64,000 nt of DNA from Candidatus Zixiibacteriota bacterium (lineage in GTDB: Bacteria > Zixibacteria > MSB-5A5 > GN15 > JAAZOE01). Positions 18,590-27,625 of the stretch are shown here, piece after piece (positions within the stretch are counted from its first letter, which is position 1; each line of letters starts with the position of its first letter). The stretch lies in the NCBI GenBank assembly GCA_043819555.1, contig JBDREQ010000073.1, positions 160,001-224,000 of the forward strand, in the 5' to 3' direction. A program made the translations under genes and the position numbers. Below the pieces are notes generated by a model that was not told the DNA's origin, did no database searches, and was given only the letters and a program-made list of their open reading frames with translations.

Positions 18590-20974
18590 TTATTGCGGAC
18601 AATCGGCACAGGGTTGGGGTCCGCTTTTAAATATTTTATTTATCAAATAGACCGCATCTCCAACGTTACATGTGGCGTCGCAATTGACGTCACCGGCTTC
18701 CACGACCGGAATTGGCGCCGGACCTCCTTTAAATAAATGACTGATAATATAGACTGCATCTCCAACATTAACCGATAAATCGCCGTTGGCGTCACCGCAA
18801 ATGAAATCAGGATCACCGGAAATCAAAATATCATCAATATACCAGCCTTCACCCGTAACCCAGCCATCCGAGCCGAATCTAAACATGATTTGAACGATAC
18901 CCGAATATGAAGAGAGATCAAACAAAGCCGGCGTCCAGTCGAAACTACTTGAATAACAAAGGGTACCGGGTTCAAAAGGACTGGCGGGATTATTTATAAT
19001 GCCACGGGGGTATCCGCCATCGGGAGTGATTAGAGACCAATTGCCATCTCCCGATGATATCCAAACGTTACTTCCATCCCAGGCACTATCAGGATTAGAG
19101 TCACCCTCGGCGTCCATCCAGTGCCAGAATTCTAAAATGGAATTTTGAGGTAATAAAAACGGGGGAGAAATTAACGCTCCATCTGAATTATTGGAATAAT
19201 CGTTGGATCCCGCACCGCCATATTTCCAACTCATGCTTCCACTATGAGATCTCTGAGTTTCGAGATGCCATTGATCAGCATACATGGGAATATTTTTCTT
19301 ATGCGTCCAGTAACCCTCTCCGGCCTCAAAATCATCGGAAAATCCTGATTCGCTACCGATATATACGTAAATAGAGTCTGAATAAGAATATCCGCCTGAT
19401 TCACTCAACGTATAATTCAATTGAATAATTTGATTCACCGGGCATGCAGGTGATATCGATAGTTCAATATTATTGAGAGACGAACATTGCTCACCCCATT
19501 GGATTGTCTCTTGAAAAGATATAGATGGAGAAGTTATTTCAATGTTTTCATCCGTGCATGAAAATGTACCGACGGTATTAACCGCATCAATTCCGAGGTT
19601 TTCTATGGTCAGTGAAATTGATAAGTTCTCTCCGGGTTCATTAATTCCATCTCCATCGGATTCGGCCCTGCTGTTTCCAATATATATAAACTTTGGCTCA
19701 TTCTGCGGCTTAATATTCACAATCATGAACTCTTCTTCGTACGGGCAAATATCATCGGGATCTATCCAAGAGCAATAAAGATTATCAAATACATACCAGG
19801 TCGTAAAACCATTATCCCAACCATAATTCATATGATATTCGTACTGACCGGCGCCCTGATCTCGATAACCGTCACATACAATTGAGTGCAAATTAATTCG
19901 ATACTGGATAGGGCGATTATTATCGATTTCTTCGCGAATAAAATTAAACCATCCGGTAAGATCATGATCAATACGATGTTCAAGCCGTACATCCGCACTG
20001 TATTTAAAATAATTTGCATAAACAATAGTGCCATATGACACCGAGGCTCCTGAACCGCATGCGCCATAATCCATTTCAAAAGTGACACCCACCTCATAAT
20101 TCAGCTCTGCCAAAGCAGCTTTTTGCTCGGGTGTGCATTCGATATGGCAATCACTGGCGATTTTATCCCAATCATAAGGATTGGACAAGTCGACCGTCAA
20201 TTCCTGGTCAGGGGTGTTCCCTCCGCAGGAATTGTCGCCTCCCCAGATATATGAACTTGTCCCAATACCTGATGGAGGCCATTGCCAATATGCCAAAATC
20301 TGGGCTGTAGCGGTAGCCACACAGCCAACTACGCAACGACCTCCGTCACCATCTGGACAGTAATCATTATATGGACTCCTTTGGTGCCAGGAAGTAGTGG
20401 TCAGCGGACCGGCCTCAACCAAAGCAGATTTGTCAATAATGTCGCCAGATAAGAAATCTTTTTCTGATTTAGTATATTCTTCCCATTTTGTTCGCTGTTG
20501 CGGATCAAATATAGCCATTTCTTGAATCCGGGACGCTTCCAGACTTCCATAATTTTCTGCGAAAATTTGGAATTTCCTCGATAGGGTTTCCCGCAGAAGG
20601 GATATAAATCCACCTTCTTGGTTTTCATCTAAGGTCGACACCTCAGAATAGGCCTTAATAGGACTCAATTCCTTAAGGGTCGGTACGATGACGAAACCAG
20701 ATGGAGAGATATTATAGACACGGGCTAAAACCGTATCATTGGAGGAGATATCCTGCACAGAAATAATATCAGGTGCCACGGCTCCAGCCCATTGCCCCTT
20801 TTGGACTATGGTTTTGGCCAGCCAATTCCGGCATACTCTTTCCATTTCATTGTCGGCAGCGATTTCTGCCTGTACAATTGAAGCCAAACAAATTAGCGGG
20901 ATTAGAAATATTGCCGCCCGAACACATACGACAATCTTTCGGCCGGGCTCTTCAGGAATTTGATAATTGGTCAT
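18590..20974 (-). CDS. C10 family cysteine peptidase (streptopain/interpain-like) with propeptide, beta-sandwich domains and C-terminal dockerin
   Basis: WHQRSPYN.YCP, VGCVATATAQILAYWQWP (catalytic Cys), HSIVCDGY (His), HMNYGW; C-terminal CGDANGD.SVNVGDAVYII dockerin pair. Confidence 0.9.
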   Translation of the reverse strand: MTNYQIPEEPGRKIVVCVRAAIFLIPLICLASIVQAEIAADNEMERVCRNWLAKTIVQKGQWAGAVAPDIISVQDISSNDTVLARVYNISPSGFVIVPTLKELSPIKAYSEVSTLDENQEGGFISLLRETLSRKFQIFAENYGSLEASRIQEMAIFDPQQRTKWEEYTKSEKDFLSGDIIDKSALVEAGPLTTTSWHQRSPYNDYCPDGDGGRCVVGCVATATAQILAYWQWPPSGIGTSSYIWGGDNSCGGNTPDQELTVDLSNPYDWDKIASDCHIECTPEQKAALAELNYEVGVTFEMDYGACGSGASVSYGTIVYANYFKYSADVRLEHRIDHDLTGWFNFIREEIDNNRPIQYRINLHSIVCDGYRDQGAGQYEYHMNYGWDNGFTTWYVFDNLYCSWIDPDDICPYEEEFMIVNIKPQNEPKFIYIGNSRAESDGDGINEPGENLSISLTIENLGIDAVNTVGTFSCTDENIEITSPSISFQETIQWGEQCSSLNNIELSISPACPVNQIIQLNYTLSESGGYSYSDSIYVYIGSESGFSDDFEAGEGYWTHKKNIPMYADQWHLETQRSHSGSMSWKYGGAGSNDYSNNSDGALISPPFLLPQNSILEFWHWMDAEGDSNPDSAWDGSNVWISSGDGNWSLITPDGGYPRGIINNPASPFEPGTLCYSSSFDWTPALFDLSSYSGIVQIMFRFGSDGWVTGEGWYIDDILISGDPDFICGDANGDLSVNVGDAVYIISHLFKGGPAPIPVVEAGDVNCDATCNVGDAVYLINKIFKSGPQPCADCPQ

Positions 20975-21203
20975 CGTTTTATTTATCTTTCCGGGTTTGG
21001 CAGTACTCAGTCGATGTTAAGCGCTTTTTCTATTCTCCTATATATAAATCGAGGGACTCCTTTGGGAATATATTAAAGAGGTATCCTTATAGGCGGTATT
21101 CAGGGCATATCTATTCAATACTTCGTCAATCTATATTTCAAATATAATCGACAATTTGACGAACGCAATAGAATAATTCCTTACTTGTCGGCTGCATTCT
21201 ATT

Positions 21204-21227
21204 TTCGAGAAATAATTCGAGAAATAA
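21204..21227. repeat. 12-bp perfect tandem duplication TTCGAGAAATAA x2
   Basis: Direct reading of sequence. Confidence 0.8.
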
Positions 21228-21322
21228 TAAAGAGGGCGCACTCTGGTCGGGTAGAGGGGGCTAGGAAACTACCCAGGGACAACAGAATGTCACCCTCTGT
21301 TAAAAAATCTTTGGCGCTTAAC
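21222..21322 (-). ncRNA. candidate small RNA with C-rich loop
   Basis: Long imperfect hairpin 21231-21298 with inner GGGTAG/CTACCC stem, followed by U-rich tail on minus strand, preceded by ECF-like promoter. Confidence 0.45.
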
Positions 21323-21328
21323 TTGCCT

Positions 21329-21356
21329 ATGACGAACTAATGGACCAAATGTTTAA
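21329..21356 (-). promoter_or_regulatory. ECF-sigma-like promoter
   Basis: Minus strand TTAAAC-N16-CGTCAT. Confidence 0.4.
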
Positions 21357-21478
21357 AAATATCTTTATTTTTTGCCCACTATAATTATAGAGTCGATTTA
21401 TGGAAGAATCTTTCAAAATATTAATTAAATTTATGAAAGAAAATGACTAAAGACTCATTGTGGGAGAATTATTGGGTC

Positions 21479-22177
21479 TTAGAATCTGTTAATTTTGATT
21501 GGAATTGTAAGCTGGAATAGTTCTCCGCGATCTATTTCAATGACAATAGCGGCAAAATGCGGCCCATAAGGTAAGTTTTCCCATATCGGTGAAATCTCAA
21601 AATCAATCGTACTATTGCCCTTTAACTCAAAATTAGTTTTAGTGGCGACGAAACCGGAATCGTGATCTATTTTAATTCTAACTATAGCTTTCTCATCGAC
21701 TAAATTTTTCAAAGAGAATTTTTGAGAGTCTTTGCCCACAATAAAAACTGTTGATATTGGATCGATTTTCACAGTTTGAGGAGAACGTCCAATAATTGAG
21801 GCAAAATAGACATGAATTTCAGGAAATGGTTCATAATCGGTCACAATACGAACATCTCGTTGAATTTCTCCCTTGTAGGTTTTAGAGTCAAATTTAACCG
21901 GCAAAATATAAGATTCCTGTGGGGCTATTTTAATTGGTGCACGAGGTACATGGGTACAATCGCAGCCAGGAATCAGTTCTGTAATTGTTATGGTGTCTTC
22001 GTGTGGATTAAACAATGTATAGTGATGGCTCACTATCGCGTCCTGGGGTATTAATCCATATATCCAAACAAATTCTGAAGGCAAAAGGGGAAAGTCATTA
22101 GTATTTAAACTATCATCTGTGCTTCCCATCGAGACTAAAAAAAATCCTAAAAAAGCAATCAGCGTAATTATCCTCAT
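21479..22177 (-). CDS. exported DUF1573 (Ig-like) protein, CxC form
   Basis: Signal peptide MRIITLIAFLGFFL, YGLIPQD..VSHHYTL.N...DTI.I....PGCDCT motif; ATG overlaps upstream TGA (ATGA). Confidence 0.8.
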   Translation of the reverse strand: MRIITLIAFLGFFLVSMGSTDDSLNTNDFPLLPSEFVWIYGLIPQDAIVSHHYTLFNPHEDTITITELIPGCDCTHVPRAPIKIAPQESYILPVKFDSKTYKGEIQRDVRIVTDYEPFPEIHVYFASIIGRSPQTVKIDPISTVFIVGKDSQKFSLKNLVDEKAIVRIKIDHDSGFVATKTNFELKGNSTIDFEISPIWENLPYGPHFAAIVIEIDRGELFQLTIPIKINRF

Positions 22178-23166
22178 TTCACAGTCGTCTCCTCGATTGT
22201 AAATCCATGACTTATCATCCACTCATCTGAGAAACATTTCGAAAGGTATCGAATCGCTGAATCAGCGAAGATTACCACAATTAAGTCATTGGGAGTTAAA
22301 TCTTTGGCAATGTTTAGTGCTGCATAAACAGCCGTTCCTGAAGAACCGCCGGCCAGGACGCCAAATCGCTTGGTTATCATTCGGGCCGTGGAAAATGATT
22401 GCTCATCATTTACCGAGATTACTTCGTCAATAACATTCGGGTCAAGCGCCTTGGTTACTTTATCCGAACCGATCCCTTCCACCAAATAAGTTTGTGATTC
22501 ATGTACTTTGCCGGTTTTAATGTAATCTGCAAACATGGAACCGGTTGGGTCAACGGCGATTATTTTTACATTGCTATTTTGTTCTTTAAGATACTGCCCA
22601 ATGCCTGAGACGGTTCCCCCGGTCCCAATTCCACCAATAAAATGCGTGATTCTCCCTTCGGTTTGCTTCCAGATTTCAGGCCCCGTGCTATGATAATGAG
22701 CTCTGATATTATCGGGATTGTCGTACTGATTAAATAGAAAGTAACCCTTTTCCAACGCCAGACTACGAGCCAATTGATAGCAACTCCTTGGATCATCCCA
22801 TGCAGCTTCCGTAGGGGTGCGAATTACCTCTGCACCCAGAGCCCTGATGAGATCCACTTTTTCCTGGCTCGTTTTTTCCGGCGTAGTAAAGACTGCCTTC
22901 AGATCATAAGCGGCGGCCAGCATGGCGACAGCAACCCCGGTGTTTCCGGAAGTATTGTCAATTATGGTATCGCCCTTTTTCAATCGCCCATCTTTGAGAG
23001 CCACCTCAATAATGAATTTTGCCAAACGATCCTTAACCGAACCGCCGGGATTCAAATATTCCAATTTGGCCAGTATTTTCGGTCCCGGATTTTGTTTGTC
23101 ATAAAACGGCAATTCAATTAAAGGAGTGTTGCCAATCAATTCTGAAATTCTATTTGGAAACTTCAT
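22174..23166 (-). CDS. PLP-dependent cysteine synthase / cystathionine beta-synthase family enzyme
   Basis: IGNTPL, KLEYLNPGGSVKDR (PLP Lys), TSGNTG, NQYDNP.N, GTGGT, VEGIG, RYLSK (CBS-like). Confidence 0.92.
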   Translation of the reverse strand: MKFPNRISELIGNTPLIELPFYDKQNPGPKILAKLEYLNPGGSVKDRLAKFIIEVALKDGRLKKGDTIIDNTSGNTGVAVAMLAAAYDLKAVFTTPEKTSQEKVDLIRALGAEVIRTPTEAAWDDPRSCYQLARSLALEKGYFLFNQYDNPDNIRAHYHSTGPEIWKQTEGRITHFIGGIGTGGTVSGIGQYLKEQNSNVKIIAVDPTGSMFADYIKTGKVHESQTYLVEGIGSDKVTKALDPNVIDEVISVNDEQSFSTARMITKRFGVLAGGSSGTAVYAALNIAKDLTPNDLIVVIFADSAIRYLSKCFSDEWMISHGFTIEETTVK

Positions 23167-23253
23167 TTACTGGAGATCCTTTCACATTCTTCCGACACAT
23201 TATTATACAAATTAAAGGCTGAGTACAACTTATTTTTTCGGAATGTTATATGC

Positions 23254-23282
23254 TTGACATAGTTTTTTTTTACGTCTAAACT
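23254..23282 (+). promoter_or_regulatory. sigma70 promoter
   Basis: TTGACA-N17-TAAACT upstream of SPOR lipoprotein. Confidence 0.55.
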
Positions 23283-23316
23283 GTCACTAATCAGAGGATG
23301 AAGATAAGGAGGTGCA

Positions 23317-23790
23317 ATGGCGCGCTATATAATTATTACAATTCTTTTTTGCGGGTTGGTTTTGGCGGGTTGCAGTAAGAACCAGGAAGAAATTGACGCC
23401 CTTAGCCAGGAAGCGACCCAGGACGAAACATCAACTGTGATGGATTCATCGGCAGGAACCGGCACGGGTGATAAAATAGATACTTTGGCCGAAATATCAA
23501 CCGTGGGAATGAGCAAATCTCCGGAAGCAACTGGTTCTACTCCGGATTATTCGAATTTATCCGGCTATGTCGTTCAAATCGGCAGCTATTCGAATTATGA
23601 ATTCGCCCAGATGATGGCTGATAAATATATTGCCCGCGATTACCCGGCCTTTGTAGCCAGTGCAAATCTTGATGGCTTTACATATTATCGCCTGCGCATT
23701 GGAGTTTATGAAACTGTGGGAGAGGCCAAAGAAGTCGGTGAATTGATTAAGGACCGTTATTCCGGCGAATATTGGATAGACAATAATTAA
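23317..23790 (+). CDS. SPOR-domain lipoprotein
   Basis: LAGC lipobox, YVVQIGSY, YYRLRIG.Y.T..EA; AAGGAGGT RBS. Confidence 0.88.
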   Translation: MARYIIITILFCGLVLAGCSKNQEEIDALSQEATQDETSTVMDSSAGTGTGDKIDTLAEISTVGMSKSPEATGSTPDYSNLSGYVVQIGSYSNYEFAQMMADKYIARDYPAFVASANLDGFTYYRLRIGVYETVGEAKEVGELIKDRYSGEYWIDNN

Positions 23791-23852
23791 TAATTGCCTC
23801 AGTGATAAATGTCGATTGCGGATTTCTTATGTAATCGTACCGTTTCAAAATT

Positions 23853-23890
23853 AAAAAACCCATCATTAACGTTTAATGACGGGTTTATAT
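23853..23890. terminator. probable bidirectional terminator
   Basis: AAACCC(A)TCATTAA-CGT-TTAATGA(C)GGGTTT between convergent genes. Confidence 0.7.
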
Positions 23891-23909
23891 TTTCTATTGA
23901 TATAAGGAT

Positions 23910-25940
23910 TTACGGTCTGACGTACTCGCCTACTATTCTGTGAATAGCGTCAAAACTGGAATTGTTTTTAAAGGCAGTAATTTCATTTTCAGAAACATTG
24001 TTTTTGAAGTCGCCATACGATTCCTTAACTCTTTGGAAATCATCCCGGGCAAAATAATTGAGCATCAGATAATGATAAACCTCGGCGGAACGAGGCGACA
24101 AATCTTTGGCTTTACGAAGGCTTTTATCCGCATCCCGGTTTTTACCAATGGAGAAATATAATTTCCCCATTTCAAGGTTGGCCGTAAAATTATTTTTGTC
24201 TTCTCTCAAGACTTGCTTATATATTCTAAACGCTTCATCGTTCTCATTCTGATTTTTATAACATGAAGCCATATTGAGGAGGGCGGAAATAGAATTATTG
24301 TTAATATTCAGGGCCTTTTCAAACATATTTACGGCTGTACTCTCACGATTCTGGCTCGAGTAGATTTCACCGGCTCGGACATAATCATTCTCCGCCTTTG
24401 CGGTTTGATTATTGCTCAGATAAGCATCGGCCCGCAGTTTATAAGCATCGGCCATTGATGGTTTTAAATTTATTGCATCGGACAGGTTTTTAATAGCGGA
24501 AAGAATATCACCACTTGCAAGATCCGTACTGCCCATTTCATAAAACTCAGCGGCGGATTTCTGAGATGGAGATTCAGCGGCTGATTCGGTCTGAGTCAGC
24601 ACGATTTTTTCGAGATTCGCTTCTAATACATATGTTTCGCCGCTTTTTAGTACGACGGTGCCTTTCCAGCTTATATACCCATTTTTGCTTATTTCGGCTG
24701 TATGTTTACCTACCCGCAGTTTTTTATAGGTCAAATTGCCCGATCCCAAAACCTGTCCATTCATCGTTAGACGTGCATTTTCGACATTGGCCCTTAATTT
24801 GAGAGAAGAATATTCTTTGTCCGATTTATTTGTCTCTGCAGACTTTTCCGTTGAGGGAGAAATGGGTTTTGTTTGATTTTTATTAGATTGGCCTGGAAGT
24901 GATGTCTTTGAAGAAGCCTCCCTTGATTGTGAGGAAACATCAACGCTGGCGTATGCTTCGCTGCCGCCCAAAGACAGGGTCGATATCTCTCCGGCGGCAA
25001 TTGATATTTTTTCAGAGATCAGGGAACCATCAGGTTCTTTATATTTAATTGTAAAAACACCAGTCGGGATTTTGTCAAAACTGAAAAATCCCTGAGCATC
25101 GGACAGCACTTTTTTGCCTTCTTCGGGCAGCATGATTTCCGTTCCGCCTATATATGGCTGGTTATTTTCATCAAGAATAACTCCAATAATTGAACCATGC
25201 CCCGGAGTTGTTGGCGAAATAAACCTCGAACCAATTATAATTAAAAGCACAACCAATACCGTCGCGAAGGCAGCTATGGCATATTGGCTCTTGATCTTTT
25301 TTGGCTTTAGAAGAAAATGCTGATCGGAAATTATCAATTCTTCGCCTGAACTGGGAAAATAATTACCTGTTAACTGGATGAAGTTTCTGTGAAAATAAGC
25401 GGTCTTCCTAATCAAAAAGGACTGTCGTAACACCGAATCTGGATAAGGCTTGGCTACATTATTTTTCCTTATATTTTCTATGGAAATATCCCTCTGCATG
25501 TCAGAGACGGGAATTGACTTTTGGGCGTTTTCAGGAGAATTATTCAGGCTGTTTAGTATTGAATTTGCTGAAGTCGGGGAGACATAGTCGTCTTTCTCCT
25601 GAAACAAATTTGAACGAATATTTTTAACCTCTTCATCAGTGAGTTTTCCTGTTTTGCGCTTATCGTTCGATTTTTCAAGGAATTCAGGCTTTGCCTGGTC
25701 GCGGGCGGCCAATAAATCACCCGGATCGCACAATTGAATCGAATCATTCTCAGAGGTCTGACAATCTTCATCGATAGCGATTGAATCTTCTTCATTCACC
25801 TCTAAATCAATGTGGGATGAAAATTTATCGTCCTCATCGACAGGTGATTTTGCCTTTTTATCATATGAGGCGCCGCAATTTGGGCATATTTTGATTGATT
25901 TATCAATTGCTTGATATTTACATATTTCACAGTAAGGCAA
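23910..25940 (-). CDS. membrane-anchored protein: N-terminal zinc ribbon, TM, carboxypeptidase-regulatory-like Ig, PEGA and C-terminal TPR repeats
   Basis: CEIC..CPNCG, TM AIAAFATVLVVLLIIIG, G.I.G...D...P...SDAQGFFSF, G.H...ISKNGY, TPR helices; TTG 25940 preceded by AAGGAG. Confidence 0.8.
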   Translation of the reverse strand: MPYCEICKYQAIDKSIKICPNCGASYDKKAKSPVDEDDKFSSHIDLEVNEEDSIAIDEDCQTSENDSIQLCDPGDLLAARDQAKPEFLEKSNDKRKTGKLTDEEVKNIRSNLFQEKDDYVSPTSANSILNSLNNSPENAQKSIPVSDMQRDISIENIRKNNVAKPYPDSVLRQSFLIRKTAYFHRNFIQLTGNYFPSSGEELIISDQHFLLKPKKIKSQYAIAAFATVLVVLLIIIGSRFISPTTPGHGSIIGVILDENNQPYIGGTEIMLPEEGKKVLSDAQGFFSFDKIPTGVFTIKYKEPDGSLISEKISIAAGEISTLSLGGSEAYASVDVSSQSREASSKTSLPGQSNKNQTKPISPSTEKSAETNKSDKEYSSLKLRANVENARLTMNGQVLGSGNLTYKKLRVGKHTAEISKNGYISWKGTVVLKSGETYVLEANLEKIVLTQTESAAESPSQKSAAEFYEMGSTDLASGDILSAIKNLSDAINLKPSMADAYKLRADAYLSNNQTAKAENDYVRAGEIYSSQNRESTAVNMFEKALNINNNSISALLNMASCYKNQNENDEAFRIYKQVLREDKNNFTANLEMGKLYFSIGKNRDADKSLRKAKDLSPRSAEVYHYLMLNYFARDDFQRVKESYGDFKNNVSENEITAFKNNSSFDAIHRIVGEYVRP

Positions 25941-25977
25941 AAGCGCTCCTTCGTGGCGTTTTTTTTCACTAAACAAA

Positions 25978-26004
25978 TTATCGGCTTATCAGTCCTATAC
26001 TTGA
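25978..26004 (-). promoter_or_regulatory. sigma28/FliA-like promoter of TPR gene
   Basis: Minus strand TCAA-N15-GCCGATAA (perfect -10). Confidence 0.7.
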
Positions 26005-26079
26005 GCGGTGATTATTTGAATTTGACCCTGTAATAACCCTGGAATTCAAAAACTTAGGGGGATATTTATTAAAAACGGC

Positions 26080-26108
26080 TTGACATGAGCCTCTGTATTC
26101 AATAAATT
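26080..26108 (+). promoter_or_regulatory. sigma70 promoter
   Basis: TTGACA-N17-TAAATT. Confidence 0.5.
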
Positions 26109-26148
26109 ATTTCTTCAATTTTTTTTCGATGACGTCTTTGTCGGGAGG

Positions 26149-27513
26149 ATGAAGAGGATGAGTTTCAACTTGAAAAACTGTTTACTGCTTTTGGCGGTTT
26201 GCGGGATTATTGTGGCAGCTTTTGGATGCGGGCAAAAGGATGATATTACTAAGCCCAAAGAATTTGCCTCTTTAACATTAAGACCCACCTATTTGCCGGA
26301 GCTTGATACTTTATTTATTTATGAGCTGTGGGCCATTTCCGATGCGGATGGTCCAGGTACCTCGCTTGGCAGATTCCTATGGGATAATACTCTCTACCGA
26401 TTCCGGAATATTGACGGAAATGCAATTGACAGCGTATTTGAGTTGCCGGGATCATTCTATGACTACGATCATTTGGCAATTTCGATTGAAAATCGAGACA
26501 ATAACGATTCCGAACCATCGGGAACTTTCATGCTGATTGATGACGTTGTCGATCCGGTAAGCAGGCCAATTATTTTGAAATTTCCAGTAAGCTTATTTGG
26601 CGCCGTTGGTACATATATTACAGCCACTCCCACCGATGACTTTTTGAATTTCTCAAATGAGGATAAGGGCATATGGCTCTGCTCGCGTGCTTTAACACAA
26701 AGGTTTAACCATGATACCCTGGGAGTTGATAACGTTACCGTTGTAAATGTTGCCCCGCCGGTCGATTCTGATACAACTGCTCTCGACACGATTGGAATAG
26801 TTATTCCTGATACCGGGTGGACTATTATCGACACAACAATTATTTTTGGGTATGACACTATTCCACACAGTCGAATAAACTTTGAATATATAACCGAGGT
26901 ACGCCCCGATTCCAATTATTTATTATTCCCAATTTTCGATATCGATAGTGTCAGCCCATACCGGGGATTAATTCAGTATTACAACTATTCCACCTCTCTT
27001 GATGAACTTCCCGATGTCAGCCCCTACGGTTGGCGTTATAATGCCTGGGTTTTCCATGAATATTACCCTGAAGCCGCCAATTTACCCGAAATGGTTCCAT
27101 TCGGTTATAAGTTGCAGCATTATTATGTTGGCGAACCATCCTGGCGCGTTTTAGCCCTAGGCCCATTTTTACGCCCCGACTCCGCCGATTTGTCAAATCC
27201 GTATATTGATAATCGCGAAGTACCTAATTTCCCCGGCGAGGATTTTATATTAAATCTACCGCCTGGTTATGATGCTATTAATTTCAGATACGCTAGTGAC
27301 AGCGATACGACCGGAGGCTTTGCCGCTTCGATTGTTGTGGGAGTGGAGCCTGATCCGGCGAATCTGACAATTGATGAGACCCGGAATTTCCCGATTTTCT
27401 TCCTTTCCAAGGACATCCCTTATAGGTTTATGGCAACCAATAACAGTCTCATTTTGCATAATTATAGCCAGTTTTTACCGGTGATTGAAGTCAACGTGAA
27501 ATTCCACGAATAA
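26149..27513 (+). CDS. lipoprotein with two RskA C-terminal-like domains
   Basis: AFGC lipobox; LPEL...IYELWAI....SLGRF..AISIE...SEPSG and LPDV...WRYNAWV..LGPF..PGEDF..VGVEP. Confidence 0.6.
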   Translation: MKRMSFNLKNCLLLLAVCGIIVAAFGCGQKDDITKPKEFASLTLRPTYLPELDTLFIYELWAISDADGPGTSLGRFLWDNTLYRFRNIDGNAIDSVFELPGSFYDYDHLAISIENRDNNDSEPSGTFMLIDDVVDPVSRPIILKFPVSLFGAVGTYITATPTDDFLNFSNEDKGIWLCSRALTQRFNHDTLGVDNVTVVNVAPPVDSDTTALDTIGIVIPDTGWTIIDTTIIFGYDTIPHSRINFEYITEVRPDSNYLLFPIFDIDSVSPYRGLIQYYNYSTSLDELPDVSPYGWRYNAWVFHEYYPEAANLPEMVPFGYKLQHYYVGEPSWRVLALGPFLRPDSADLSNPYIDNREVPNFPGEDFILNLPPGYDAINFRYASDSDTTGGFAASIVVGVEPDPANLTIDETRNFPIFFLSKDIPYRFMATNNSLILHNYSQFLPVIEVNVKFHE

Positions 27514-27531
27514 AGAAAATAATATTTCCTG

Positions 27532-27562
27532 AAACCGGCATAGAAATATGCCGGTTTTTTTT
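27532..27562 (+). terminator. intrinsic terminator
   Basis: AAACCGGCATA-GAAA-TATGCCGGTTT then T tract. Confidence 0.85.
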
Positions 27563-27586
27563 ATCCCAAAATCATTAATTAGTAGC

Positions 27587-27615
27587 TTGCCTTTTATAAA
27601 ACTGTCTATTATATT
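27587..27615 (+). promoter_or_regulatory. sigma70 promoter of hppA
   Basis: TTGCCT-N17-TATATT. Confidence 0.55.
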
Positions 27616-27625
27616 CGCGCCGATA

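Noticed and set aside
20773..21147. 124-aa plus-strand ORF in the C10 upstream gap
   Set aside because: Half overlaps the C10 gene antisense, no RBS or domain motif
21185..21211. GCCGACAA (minus strand) as sigma28 -10 for the C10 gene
   Set aside because: No TAAA/TCAA at the 15-nt spacing
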